Positions 9,775 to 16,937 of a stretch of 32,000 nucleotides of DNA are shown here, piece after piece. The translations under genes and the position numbers were made by a program. Where the stretch lies: NCBI RefSeq assembly GCF_001552275.1, contig NZ_BCQW01000001.1, positions 366,800-398,799 of the forward strand, written 5' to 3'. Position 1 is the first letter of the stretch; every line of letters starts with the position of its first letter. Source of the DNA: Amphibacillus sediminis NBRC 103570. GTDB lineage: Bacteria; Bacillota; Bacilli; Bacillales; Amphibacillaceae. The notes below the pieces were generated by a model. The model was not told where the DNA came from. It made no database searches and saw nothing but the letters and a program-made list of their open reading frames with translations.

Positions 9775-9841
9775 TCTTTCAACTTTATTTTTATAGGAAT
9801 AGGATTAAAAGCATTAAAGGAGACATGGCTATTAGAGTATT

Positions 9842-9982
9842 TTAAACATACCCCTTCTCTTTTAAAGAAACAAATTTATGGTCACCTATAATTAAATGGT
9901 CTAACAGCTCTATTCCAATCATTTTTCCACACTCGACTAATCTCTTTGTTACATATATATCTTCTTGTGATGGTGATGGATC
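9842..9982 (-). CDS. radC: RadC-family JAB/MPN-domain protein, exon 2 (46 codons plus stop)
   Basis: The minus-strand translation is [46 protein letters not shown]. This is the canonical RadC C-terminus and completes the JAMM motif begun in exon 1. There is no start codon or SD of its own. Confidence 0.9.
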   Translation of the reverse strand, partial: DPSPSQEDIYVTKRLVECGKMIGIELLDHLIIGDHKFVSLKEKGYV

Positions 9983-10019
9983 GTAGGGTCGATCTGTCCA
10001 TAGCGACAAACCTCCCTCA

Positions 10020-10053
10020 GAACCGTACGTACACCTTTCAATGTATACGGCTC
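10020..10053 (-). ncRNA. Group II intron catalytic domain V
   Basis: The minus-strand sequence is GAGCCGUAUACAUUGAAAGGUGUACGUACGGUUC. It has the AGC triad, a 2-nt bulge and a GAAA tetraloop, and is near-identical in its helices to my recollection of Ll.LtrB domain V (GAGCCGUAUACUCCGAGAGGGGUACGUACGGUUC). Confidence 0.9.
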
Positions 10054-11174
10054 GCCAGTTGATATGTGTCTACATGAAAACTAAACAGAGCAGGTTGTTT
10101 CGGCAAACGAATCGGCTTATATCCCTGTTCCTTCAGCCATTTGCCAGCCTTCGTTACGGAGCAGCCTTTCTTTAAGGCGATCGTTCTTAGTAAACTAAGT
10201 TGGGCAAAATAAAACAATTGGCCTAAAAAGCTATAGTTATCAGCATACTTAAATAAACAAGCAACTACAAAGCATTCTCTAGCATAGATATTAGCAATCT
10301 GATCAATAGGTAAATGAATAAGCGCTCCTCGGGGATATGGTTTTTTATTACACATACTTCCATACTGATGTAATTGCGCGATGTGTTCGAGGGCTTGCTT
10401 GGTAATTTCAAATCGGATACAGTTATGACGCTGGGAATAACGTATTGAATACCCTGCTAAGCGAATCGGCTTAGAGAAGTGATGGAAGTGAATACTATAA
10501 TCGGAGGCCAATTTTTCTTTCAATCTTTCAACTAATAATAGCGTAGAATTTTTATTGCAGATTAAAGCTAAATAAACTGTTTGGTTGGAGAAGCAATAAA
10601 AACAAGATGAGGAAGTGATCGGTAAAGCCTGAGGATATATAACATGCTGCGATAGTTGGATGGCCAAGCATAAGCCGTTAAAGCGTTCCTTTTGTGACTG
10701 TTGCAGGTGAGAGAAAAAAAGGCTAATTAATTTAATGAACCTTTGATCATCAATTAAGTGGCAAATCCGATTAGTAAAGGTATTTGGTCTAGATTGATAA
10801 CGAAGCTTGATTACCCAATGGACATTTTCCCAATTGGCCTTAATGTGGTTAAGACTTTGTTCTGGGCTTGAGTGATAAGCAGATCTTAAGCAAGGTGAAA
10901 TAAAAAGAAGCTCGATTACATAAATTAAACTTTCCATAACCCATGTACGTTTGATCATTTGAGCAATTGTTCCCCAATTGCTGGATCTCAATGCAAATAA
11001 AAGTTTGCTTAAATCATGATTCCTTGATCGTTGCCAGCTTTTAGTATGATAACTGGTCCGAAGCTCCTGCCAAAGCTCTCTTTGATATAATAAACGATAA
11101 CAATCCTTAATAAATTTCCCCTGTTTTAACCGTTCATGTAAGACTGAAAATTGATTAATCGGCTTAACTGTCAC
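10038..11174 (-). CDS. Group II intron-encoded protein: degenerate RT plus maturase (X) domain, no D/En domain
   Basis: It aligns with LtrA at RT0 ([11 protein letters not shown] vs LYRYLLRPDIY), at RT2a-4 ([11 protein letters not shown]...WVIKL...[14 protein letters not shown]), at the RT7/thumb region (VERLKEKL...RLAGYSIRY vs IKEQLKLF...RFLGYDIRV), and at domain X ([56 protein letters not shown]). YADD is replaced by YLAL. The start is GTG. Confidence 0.85.
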   Translation of the reverse strand: MTVKPINQFSVLHERLKQGKFIKDCYRLLYQRELWQELRTSYHTKSWQRSRNHDLSKLLFALRSSNWGTIAQMIKRTWVMESLIYVIELLFISPCLRSAYHSSPEQSLNHIKANWENVHWVIKLRYQSRPNTFTNRICHLIDDQRFIKLISLFFSHLQQSQKERFNGLCLAIQLSQHVIYPQALPITSSSCFYCFSNQTVYLALICNKNSTLLLVERLKEKLASDYSIHFHHFSKPIRLAGYSIRYSQRHNCIRFEITKQALEHIAQLHQYGSMCNKKPYPRGALIHLPIDQIANIYARECFVVACLFKYADNYSFLGQLFYFAQLSLLRTIALKKGCSVTKAGKWLKEQGYKPIRLPKQPALFSFHVDTYQLASRIH

Positions 11175-11401
11175 CTTCGTGACGCCCCCAATCCTTTTTC
11201 ATCTATCAACCTGCCTCCCTTCCCCCTGCTAAGCAGATTACCCGCAAACGTTGAGTACTATGGAGACTCCGTTACCCTATAGCAATCGCTACTTAGGTAA
11301 TCCCTACCTATCTGTTCAAAAAAGATACGTGATGGTTAGGTACTCCTTTTGACTGTTTCTCCAACTAGGAGATTGGTAGGTAGACCCTATCATAATCTAA
11401 G

Positions 11402-11407
11402 TCTGAC
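11402..11407 (-). other. Candidate EBS1 of the intron
   Basis: Minus-strand GUCAGA pairs with IBS1 UCUGGC, the last 6 nt of exon 1 (5 Watson-Crick pairs plus 1 G-U). Confidence 0.6.
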
Positions 11408-11455
11408 GAGCTTAGCTTATTCTACCTAAATAACACAAATGTTATCATGCATCCC

Positions 11456-11461
11456 CATCCA
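11456..11461 (-). other. Candidate EBS2 of the intron
   Basis: Minus-strand UGGAUG pairs perfectly with IBS2 CAUCCA (exon positions -12..-7). It lies about 50 nt upstream of EBS1 in the RNA, as expected for domain I of IIA/IIB introns. Confidence 0.6.
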
Positions 11462-11639
11462 TAAGTCTAGAGTTCAAGCAGTATAGCCTTTACCATACAT
11501 CACTTGACCAAGCCAATAGCTTTACACCATGCTCTTGTCCTCCATTATGTTTCCATTAGAAGTAAGGTGCTGGTCATAGAATCTGATAAGGAATTCTAGA
11601 TCTAATTGATCACTTTTATGAACAGCTTTGTAGGCGCAC

Positions 11640-12188
11640 GCCAGATGGATGATTGTGAACACAGATAATGGATGCTGCTGATCGTTTGACAGCTTCTCGA
11701 AATACCTCTCGTGGGTGCACTATACTTGAATTAAGGCTACCAATAAAGACAGTTTGACGATGAATAATTTGATTTTTTGTATTTAAGAAGAGGGCAACAA
11801 AATGCTCTTGCTTTAATAATCGCATATCTTCCATAACAAACTCAGCACCATCTTCAGGGCACCTGACTACATAACGTTCATTTGCAATTAGCCTATTCAT
11901 ACGATTTCCTAACTCAATGGTAGCAAGTATGCCCACTGCTTTTACCTGCCCGATTCCCTTAATGGCCATTAACTCTTCTAACGTTGCATCACGTAAAAGC
12001 TCAATCCCTTCAAAATGCATATAGACTCGTTTGGCTAATTCCTGTACACTCTCCTCTCTCGTCCCACTTCCGATGATAATCGCTAAAAGTTCTTGAAAAG
12101 ATAGGTGTGATGCCCCGTGTTCAATGAGTCTTTCCCTTGGTCTGTCTTTTTTCGGGATATCCTTCATTTTTAAATGAAGATTGGGCAT
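11640..12188 (-). CDS. radC: RadC-family JAB/MPN-domain protein, exon 1 (183 codons)
   Basis: MPNLHLKMKDIPKKDRPRERL...HhH-like LLAIIIGSGTREESV...GIGQVKA...CVHNHPSG. The ORF-track product continues VRLQSCS* into the intron. Spliced, the product is 229 aa, the normal RadC length. Confidence 0.92.
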
Positions 12189-12341
12189 AAATTACCTCCT
12201 CTCTTTATAAGATAGTTTCATTGTAATCTAAAAAAATAAAGCTGCAACTCAATTAAATTAATAAACAATTGATGATACATCTATAAATTTGTTTTTTAAA
12301 AGATACTTCCATTAAAACTTTTCTTGAACCTTAGATAATTT

Positions 12342-13175
12342 TTAATGGTTAAGATTCTGATAAGCTTGCCACATTTCAAGTAATCGTATAGGTCGGTTAT
12401 TGGCTTCCATTTCATTAAAATGCTGAGTAATTTGTTGATAAAAGGCCTGCATCGACTGTGAAAAACTGTTTTTATCAATTTCAAGCCAGGTTGCCCAACT
12501 CTGCTTTTGATCATCATTGAAGTCCACTAATGCCTGCTCCCAAAGTTTAGAGAATTGAGATAACCATTCATGTTCTTGATCAGAAAGGTCAAGTGACCGT
12601 TCATCACCGTGCCATTGTCGGACATATGAATCGAACCCTGCTTCATTTAACCCTGTTTCATTTGCTTTAGCCTCTTCTTCTGTTGAATAGACACCAATAA
12701 AAGCCCGGTAGCCTTCTTCTGTATCCCATAAAACTGATGAGAATCCTTCTTCAGATAGCGCGCTCTGATACTGCTCAGCTTGTTCACTTGTTTGAAAGAC
12801 CCCCGCTTGAATAACATAGCCGGACAATGGTGCCAATGTGTAGTCATTACTTGTATCACCAGTTTCAGCGGTTGATACAGCATTTTGGTCACTAATCTCA
12901 TTTACTTGGTCATAGTCTTGATCAGCTCCTTGCGCAAAAATGTATAATAATGTGAGACCAAAACCTACTCCTATGACCACAGCAAGCAAACCCGTAATGG
13001 CAAACTTAATCCATATATTATTTCGCGTCGTGTTCTTATTTGAAGGTGGTGAAGCATAGACAAATGGTTCTACGTCAGACATACCGGCAGCCTGTTCATC
13101 ATGCAATAAGGCATCAAGTTTATCGTTCTGTTCTTCGTTATTTAATTTATAAGAAATTTGTTTTTTTGACTCCAC
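12342..13175 (-). CDS. SPOR-domain bitopic membrane protein (SpoIIB-like by position)
   Basis: One TM segment (IWIKFAITGLLAVVIGVGFGLTLLYIF) is followed by a SPOR-like repeat, YVIQAGVFQTSEQAEQYQSALSEEGFSSVLWDTEEGYRAFIGVYSTEEEAKA. It occupies the slot of spoIIB, between comC and maf-radC in B. subtilis. GTG start behind SD AGGAGTGG. Confidence 0.65.
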   Translation of the reverse strand: MESKKQISYKLNNEEQNDKLDALLHDEQAAGMSDVEPFVYASPPSNKNTTRNNIWIKFAITGLLAVVIGVGFGLTLLYIFAQGADQDYDQVNEISDQNAVSTAETGDTSNDYTLAPLSGYVIQAGVFQTSEQAEQYQSALSEEGFSSVLWDTEEGYRAFIGVYSTEEEAKANETGLNEAGFDSYVRQWHGDERSLDLSDQEHEWLSQFSKLWEQALVDFNDDQKQSWATWLEIDKNSFSQSMQAFYQQITQHFNEMEANNRPIRLLEMWQAYQNLNH

Positions 13176-13226
13176 TTTTTTCCACTCCTATCTACTCTGT
13201 CCTATTAACTCTAGCATGATAGAATT

Positions 13227-13262
13227 AAAAAAAAAGACGACCCATGTCTATCAGAGCCGTCT
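13227..13262 (-). terminator. Rho-independent terminator ending the pilus operon
   Basis: Minus-strand AGACGGCUC...GGGUCGUCU forms a 9-bp stem (2 G-U pairs) followed by a run of 8-9 U. It starts 26 nt after the pilO stop. Confidence 0.8.
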
Positions 13263-13287
13263 AATGTTCCAAAAAAAATGATATATA

Positions 13288-13848
13288 CTAATTGATTAAG
13301 ACATTTTCATTATAAAAAATACGAATTGTGACATTCCCCTCGATAAGATTATCGGAAATTTGTTGATAATCTAGCTGTGTGATCTCGGTATGCCGCTCGA
13401 TCTGATCTAGCTGAAAAATAAAATCTCGGAAAGCCTGACTTGACTGTGCCTTAAAGATAAGTTGATATTGAACTTGGTTAATCGACTCAGGATAGGAACT
13501 TAGTTCAGCAAAAGAGCTGTCATCTGTCAGTTTCATAATCTGTTGAATTGTAACGTCTTGATCTTCTTCAAGACTATTTATTGCAATAAGAACTTGATCA
13601 ATATTTTGCTCGGTAGGCAATTGGTACTGAATAGACTCTGCTACTTCAACCCAATCTGTTGCTGTCTGGTTTGCCTGATCAGTATGAATTAATTGATCAT
13701 AATAGTTTAAGGTCCTTTTTGTTTCATTTAACTTTTCTCGATGTGGACTAAGCATAAATTCACTACCGTAATACCATAGCATAATCTGTCCTAATATGAT
13801 GACAATTAGATATAGGATGTGCTTTCTTTTCCATTTAGTCACCATCAC
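13288..13848 (-). CDS. pilO: Type IV pilus assembly protein PilO-like
   Basis: 186 aa with an N-terminal TM segment, then a coiled-coil and an alpha/beta domain. It overlaps the pilN stop by 14 nt and occupies the third position of a pilM-pilN-pilO trio. The call rests mainly on architecture and context. Confidence 0.6.
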   Translation of the reverse strand: MMVTKWKRKHILYLIVIILGQIMLWYYGSEFMLSPHREKLNETKRTLNYYDQLIHTDQANQTATDWVEVAESIQYQLPTEQNIDQVLIAINSLEEDQDVTIQQIMKLTDDSSFAELSSYPESINQVQYQLIFKAQSSQAFRDFIFQLDQIERHTEITQLDYQQISDNLIEGNVTIRIFYNENVLIN

Positions 13849-14386
13849 TCATCACCTCAAGTAACCCGTTATGATTTATCTCTATTTTCATCTCAGCTTG
13901 ATAGTAAGCTTTATCCTCATTTGTCAATTCAATTAACTCAAGCTCAACTGAATTAATATAGGCTAATTGAAGCAAAGCACGATCAAGTTCTGCCACTCGA
14001 TCAAGACCTTCCAATTGTAGCGATATGTACAATCGCTCCCCTAGTGAATAGTGAAAGTGAGACAAAATCGTGGCATCATGTTTCAGGAGTACAGATTGAA
14101 TCGCATCATACAAGTAGATCGTCGGAAATTTATTTTGCTCCAGTTGATCTAATTGGGCTGAGAGCTTGCTAACCTGATCTGCCATTAAATTAATTTGTTC
14201 AATTTCAGCTACTATTTTTTCCTGTTGTTTAATTCGGCTTAAGTTATCCGTATACTGAGAATTTAATTGCTTTGTAGCAATAATCAGATAACTTACAAGG
14301 ACTAAGCTAGATATAATTGCAACAGCTAATAGTAAATAAGGGACGCTATTCTTTTTCTTTTGTTCAAAAAAATTAATCTCGATCAT
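13835..14386 (-). CDS. pilN: Type IV pilus assembly protein PilN
   Basis: N-terminal MIEINFF (an INLLP-type PilM-binding peptide), followed by a TM segment and a coiled coil. 183 aa, directly after pilM. Confidence 0.7.
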   Translation of the reverse strand: MIEINFFEQKKKNSVPYLLLAVAIISSLVLVSYLIIATKQLNSQYTDNLSRIKQQEKIVAEIEQINLMADQVSKLSAQLDQLEQNKFPTIYLYDAIQSVLLKHDATILSHFHYSLGERLYISLQLEGLDRVAELDRALLQLAYINSVELELIELTNEDKAYYQAEMKIEINHNGLLEVMSDGD

Positions 14387-14408
14387 TTGGTCGTCCCCCT
14401 CCCCCTTA

Positions 14409-15377
14409 TTACGACTTATCTGTAAAGTTCTCGTTCTTTAAACAAAGACCAAAAAGTGGAGCATAGGCCATGGGAAGCTTAAAGGGCAAGTTAAGTGACT
14501 TAGGTGTTAATTCAAAGCGTTTGCTAAGTTGTTGATAAATAAGCTCTAGCTCAGGAAAATCTCCTACAACTAAACACGACGTGATTTGTGCTTCTCCATT
14601 CATAATTGAATATTGATAGAAATCCATGAAACGCTCGATTGACAATAATTGATCTTCCACAAATGCTGACAAATCCGCTTGAGACGATTGCCAAGATAAC
14701 TGTTGCGTTTGTGGATCTTTCTTCCAGTTCAATCTAGAGCCCGCAAAACGCATGTGCCGATTAAAGCGTGGGATATCTTCATTAAATACCGTTAGAATAA
14801 GATCATTAATGTTCCACTGAATAACCAATAAGTGCTCATGAGGCTCAGATAAATCTGCCTTTAGATAACTACGATAAAGACTTAGGAAAGAAAGATCAGC
14901 TACCTTTGGCTGCAAAGTTAACTTCTCAAAAAGATCATAATAAGGTAAAAGGCGATCGGATGGATAAGCAAATAACAAAACCCGGTGATGCTCGACACCT
15001 TCTTCAAGAACTTGAAAATCGAGTATTGGATTTTTAAAGGGTAATCGAATGCTGCCATCTAGCTGGAGCTTAATAAACGACTTCGCCTCTTCCTTATCCA
15101 ACTGAGCTGGAATTTGTTCTTCACGTAAAGTAACGAAGCTATCTGGAACAATAAAGCTGATTTTATGACGTTTCCAGTTCTTTTGTTCGATCAGTTGTTT
15201 TAAAGTAGTCGTTAACTGTAATTGATCAATGATTCGTCCATCTTCAATAATAGAATGATCAAAAATAATTTCGCCAAAATCAGTGACCTGTACAGATTTA
15301 CGACTGGAAAAAACAAGGTAACGTATAACTCGGTCAGTAAAAATTAAACAAACAGCTTCTCTATTAAAGAGTGGCAT
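14409..15377 (-). CDS. pilM: Type IV pilus assembly protein PilM-like (actin-fold ATPase family)
   Basis: About 322 aa, cytoplasmic, positioned between pilD and pilN. Probable ATG 15377 lies behind SD GAGGGGG. The sequence is divergent, so the call rests on size and context. Confidence 0.6.
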   Translation of the reverse strand: MPLFNREAVCLIFTDRVIRYLVFSSRKSVQVTDFGEIIFDHSIIEDGRIIDQLQLTTTLKQLIEQKNWKRHKISFIVPDSFVTLREEQIPAQLDKEEAKSFIKLQLDGSIRLPFKNPILDFQVLEEGVEHHRVLLFAYPSDRLLPYYDLFEKLTLQPKVADLSFLSLYRSYLKADLSEPHEHLLVIQWNINDLILTVFNEDIPRFNRHMRFAGSRLNWKKDPQTQQLSWQSSQADLSAFVEDQLLSIERFMDFYQYSIMNGEAQITSCLVVGDFPELELIYQQLSKRFELTPKSLNLPFKLPMAYAPLFGLCLKNENFTDKS

Positions 15378-15418
15378 AGCATTCACCCCCTCAGCTTTAA
15401 ATTATTTAACAACTGCTT

Positions 15419-16174
15419 TTAAAAAAATAACTCAATATACCATGTGATAAGGGCTTCTCCCCAAAATAAAACCGTTAGTGTAGCTAAACTGATATAGGGG
15501 CCAAAGGGAATCTTTGACCTACGTGTCACCTTTCCCAGCACTAGCAAAATCAGATTAATCAATGCGCCAAAGAAAGTAGCTAGTAAAAAGACTAAAAGAA
15601 TCCCTTGGTACCCAAAAGCAATCCCAAGTACACCAAAATATTTCATATCTCCAGCCCCCATACCACCTTTGCTAGCTACAATAATGACGAGAATTAAGCT
15701 AAAGCCTATAACTGCACCAGCAATCGGTGACCACCAGGGATCAACTGGAATAATCAGGCGCAATAAAATGAACCATGGCAGGAAAAAAAGTAAAATACGA
15801 TTTGGAATCAGATATGTACTCAGATCTGTGACAATGACAATAACCGCTAACGATGTGATCACTAACGCAAAAATCAGATCAATCGTTAATCCGAAGTGCC
15901 AATAGCATAAGACAAAGGATACCCCTGTAAGAAGCTCTATAAGAGGATAAATGATACTAATTGAGTGCTGACAACCTCGACACTTTCCCTTTTGAAGAAT
16001 ATATGAATAAATCGGTATCAATTCATACCAGTTCAAAGTCTTTTCGCATTTGGGACAAATTGATCGTTCTGACTGTAGAAAGATCTTTCGTGGCACACGT
16101 AGCCCAACGACATTGTAAAATGATCCAAATACTGTACCTAAAATAAAAAAGATGATGACATTAAATAATTCCAT
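15419..16174 (-). CDS. pilD: Prepilin peptidase / N-methyltransferase (A24 family; ComC/PilD)
   Basis: A CxxC...CxxC zinc motif (CPKCEKT...CRGCQH), polytopic TM helices, the catalytic GAGDMKYFGVLG motif and C-terminal PFGPYISLA. Confidence 0.9.
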   Translation of the reverse strand: MELFNVIIFFILGTVFGSFYNVVGLRVPRKIFLQSERSICPKCEKTLNWYELIPIYSYILQKGKCRGCQHSISIIYPLIELLTGVSFVLCYWHFGLTIDLIFALVITSLAVIVIVTDLSTYLIPNRILLFFLPWFILLRLIIPVDPWWSPIAGAVIGFSLILVIIVASKGGMGAGDMKYFGVLGIAFGYQGILLVFLLATFFGALINLILLVLGKVTRRSKIPFGPYISLATLTVLFWGEALITWYIELFF

Positions 16175-16258
16175 CTCGATCTCCTATAGTATAAAGTGGC
16201 TGGACAAATGAACAATCTACCGAGCAAGCACATTCCCATACTTCCTGCTACGTTATAT

Positions 16259-16287
16259 GACTAGGCAAGGGTAAAGCTTGCCTAGTC
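16259..16287 (-). other. Perfect 11-bp stem-loop 3' of pilA without a U-tract
   Basis: GACUAGGCAAG-CUUUACC-CUUGCCUAGUC, followed by AUAUAACG. It lies 60 nt after the pilA stop and upstream of pilD. Confidence 0.6.
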
Positions 16288-16346
16288 CACGTCCATCATC
16301 GCATGATTTTGATTTTCTTGATCCCTGTCCAATCTCGTATTTCATA

Positions 16347-16670
16347 CTAATTAAATTCTAATTCTCCGTTCTCATTTCGGCTTACCGTACCTTGAGGTGC
16401 ATCCCCTTGGCGAATATCTAAATAACCGCTCTCAATTAGGGTATCAACATCAACCGGAAGACTATTTTCTTCCTGAATTTCATAAAGTCTAGCAGCGTCT
16501 AAAATTAATGCTACCTCTTGCTCGTCCGCATCATTACGTGCTTTGTCAACAATATTACTGATAGCTGGGATCGCAATTGCTACGATAATCCCCAAAATAA
16601 CGATAACCGCAAGTAATTCAACCAGAGTGAATCCTTTTTCACCTTTGATAAGTTTTTTAATGTTTGCCAT
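16347..16670 (-). CDS. pilA: Type IV major pilin (prepilin with class III signal peptide)
   Basis: MANIKKLIKGEKG|FTLVELLAVIVILGIIVAIAIPA has the G/FTLxE cleavage-methylation motif. The product is short (107 aa). Strong SD AAGGAGGA. It has its own flanking regulatory hairpins. Confidence 0.88.
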   Translation of the reverse strand: MANIKKLIKGEKGFTLVELLAVIVILGIIVAIAIPAISNIVDKARNDADEQEVALILDAARLYEIQEENSLPVDVDTLIESGYLDIRQGDAPQGTVSRNENGELEFN

Positions 16671-16748
16671 TTTTATCCTCCTTGACTAATAAAAATAAAT
16701 TGTAACTTTTACCAATCAATATGAGCCAATGTTCTGAATTATGAACAC

Positions 16749-16789
16749 AAAAAAAGCTCACAACATAAATAATCTTTTATGATGTCAGC
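16749..16789 (-). terminator. Intrinsic terminator in the pilC-pilA spacer (pilBTC terminator or pilA leader attenuator)
   Basis: Minus-strand GCUGACAUCAUAAA-AGAUUA-UUUAUGUUGUGAGC (14 stem positions, 2 mismatches) is directly followed by UUUUUUU. It lies about 80 nt upstream of the pilA ATG. Confidence 0.7.
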
Positions 16790-16871
16790 CGGTTGCACTA
16801 CTTGCTCCAAATTACCAAAGTGCCCAAATAAGGTAATTTATCATCGCATCTGAAATTGATTTTATAAAACT

Positions 16872-16899
16872 ATTATACTAGCTATGGAAATTATGTCTA
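16872..16899 (-). promoter_or_regulatory. Candidate sigma-A promoter for pilA
   Basis: On the minus strand, TAGACA, 16 nt, TATAAT. It lies upstream of the terminator hairpin, implying a leader of about 195 nt. Confidence 0.45.
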
Positions 16900-16937
16900 G
16901 TCCTTTGGTTGTAAAATGATACTTTTGGCTTATTTTG

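Larger units (their letters stand above)
9983..11639 (-). mobile_element. Group II intron (IIA / LtrB-like), 1657 nt, same orientation as radC
   Basis: 5' end is GUGCGCC immediately after exon codon GGC, and the 3' end is ...GACCCUAC (AY). Domain V is at 10020..10053. Domain VI has a bulged A at 9989, 7 nt from the 3' splice site. EBS2 UGGAUG and EBS1 GUCAGA are complementary to the last 12 exon nt, CAUCCA-UCUGGC. An internal ORF has group II maturase homology. Confidence 0.9.

Noticed and set aside
11616-12188. The 190-aa radC ORF could be read as a truncated pseudogene.
   Set aside because: The missing C-terminal 46 codons are intact and in phase 1657 nt downstream. The intervening DNA has group II intron boundaries, so a split gene is the better reading.
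12296-12901. Minus-strand ORFs 12296..12517 and 12647..12901 overlapping the SPOR-domain gene.
   Set aside because: They are alternative frames of a better-supported 277-aa gene that has a TM segment, a SPOR domain and a good SD.
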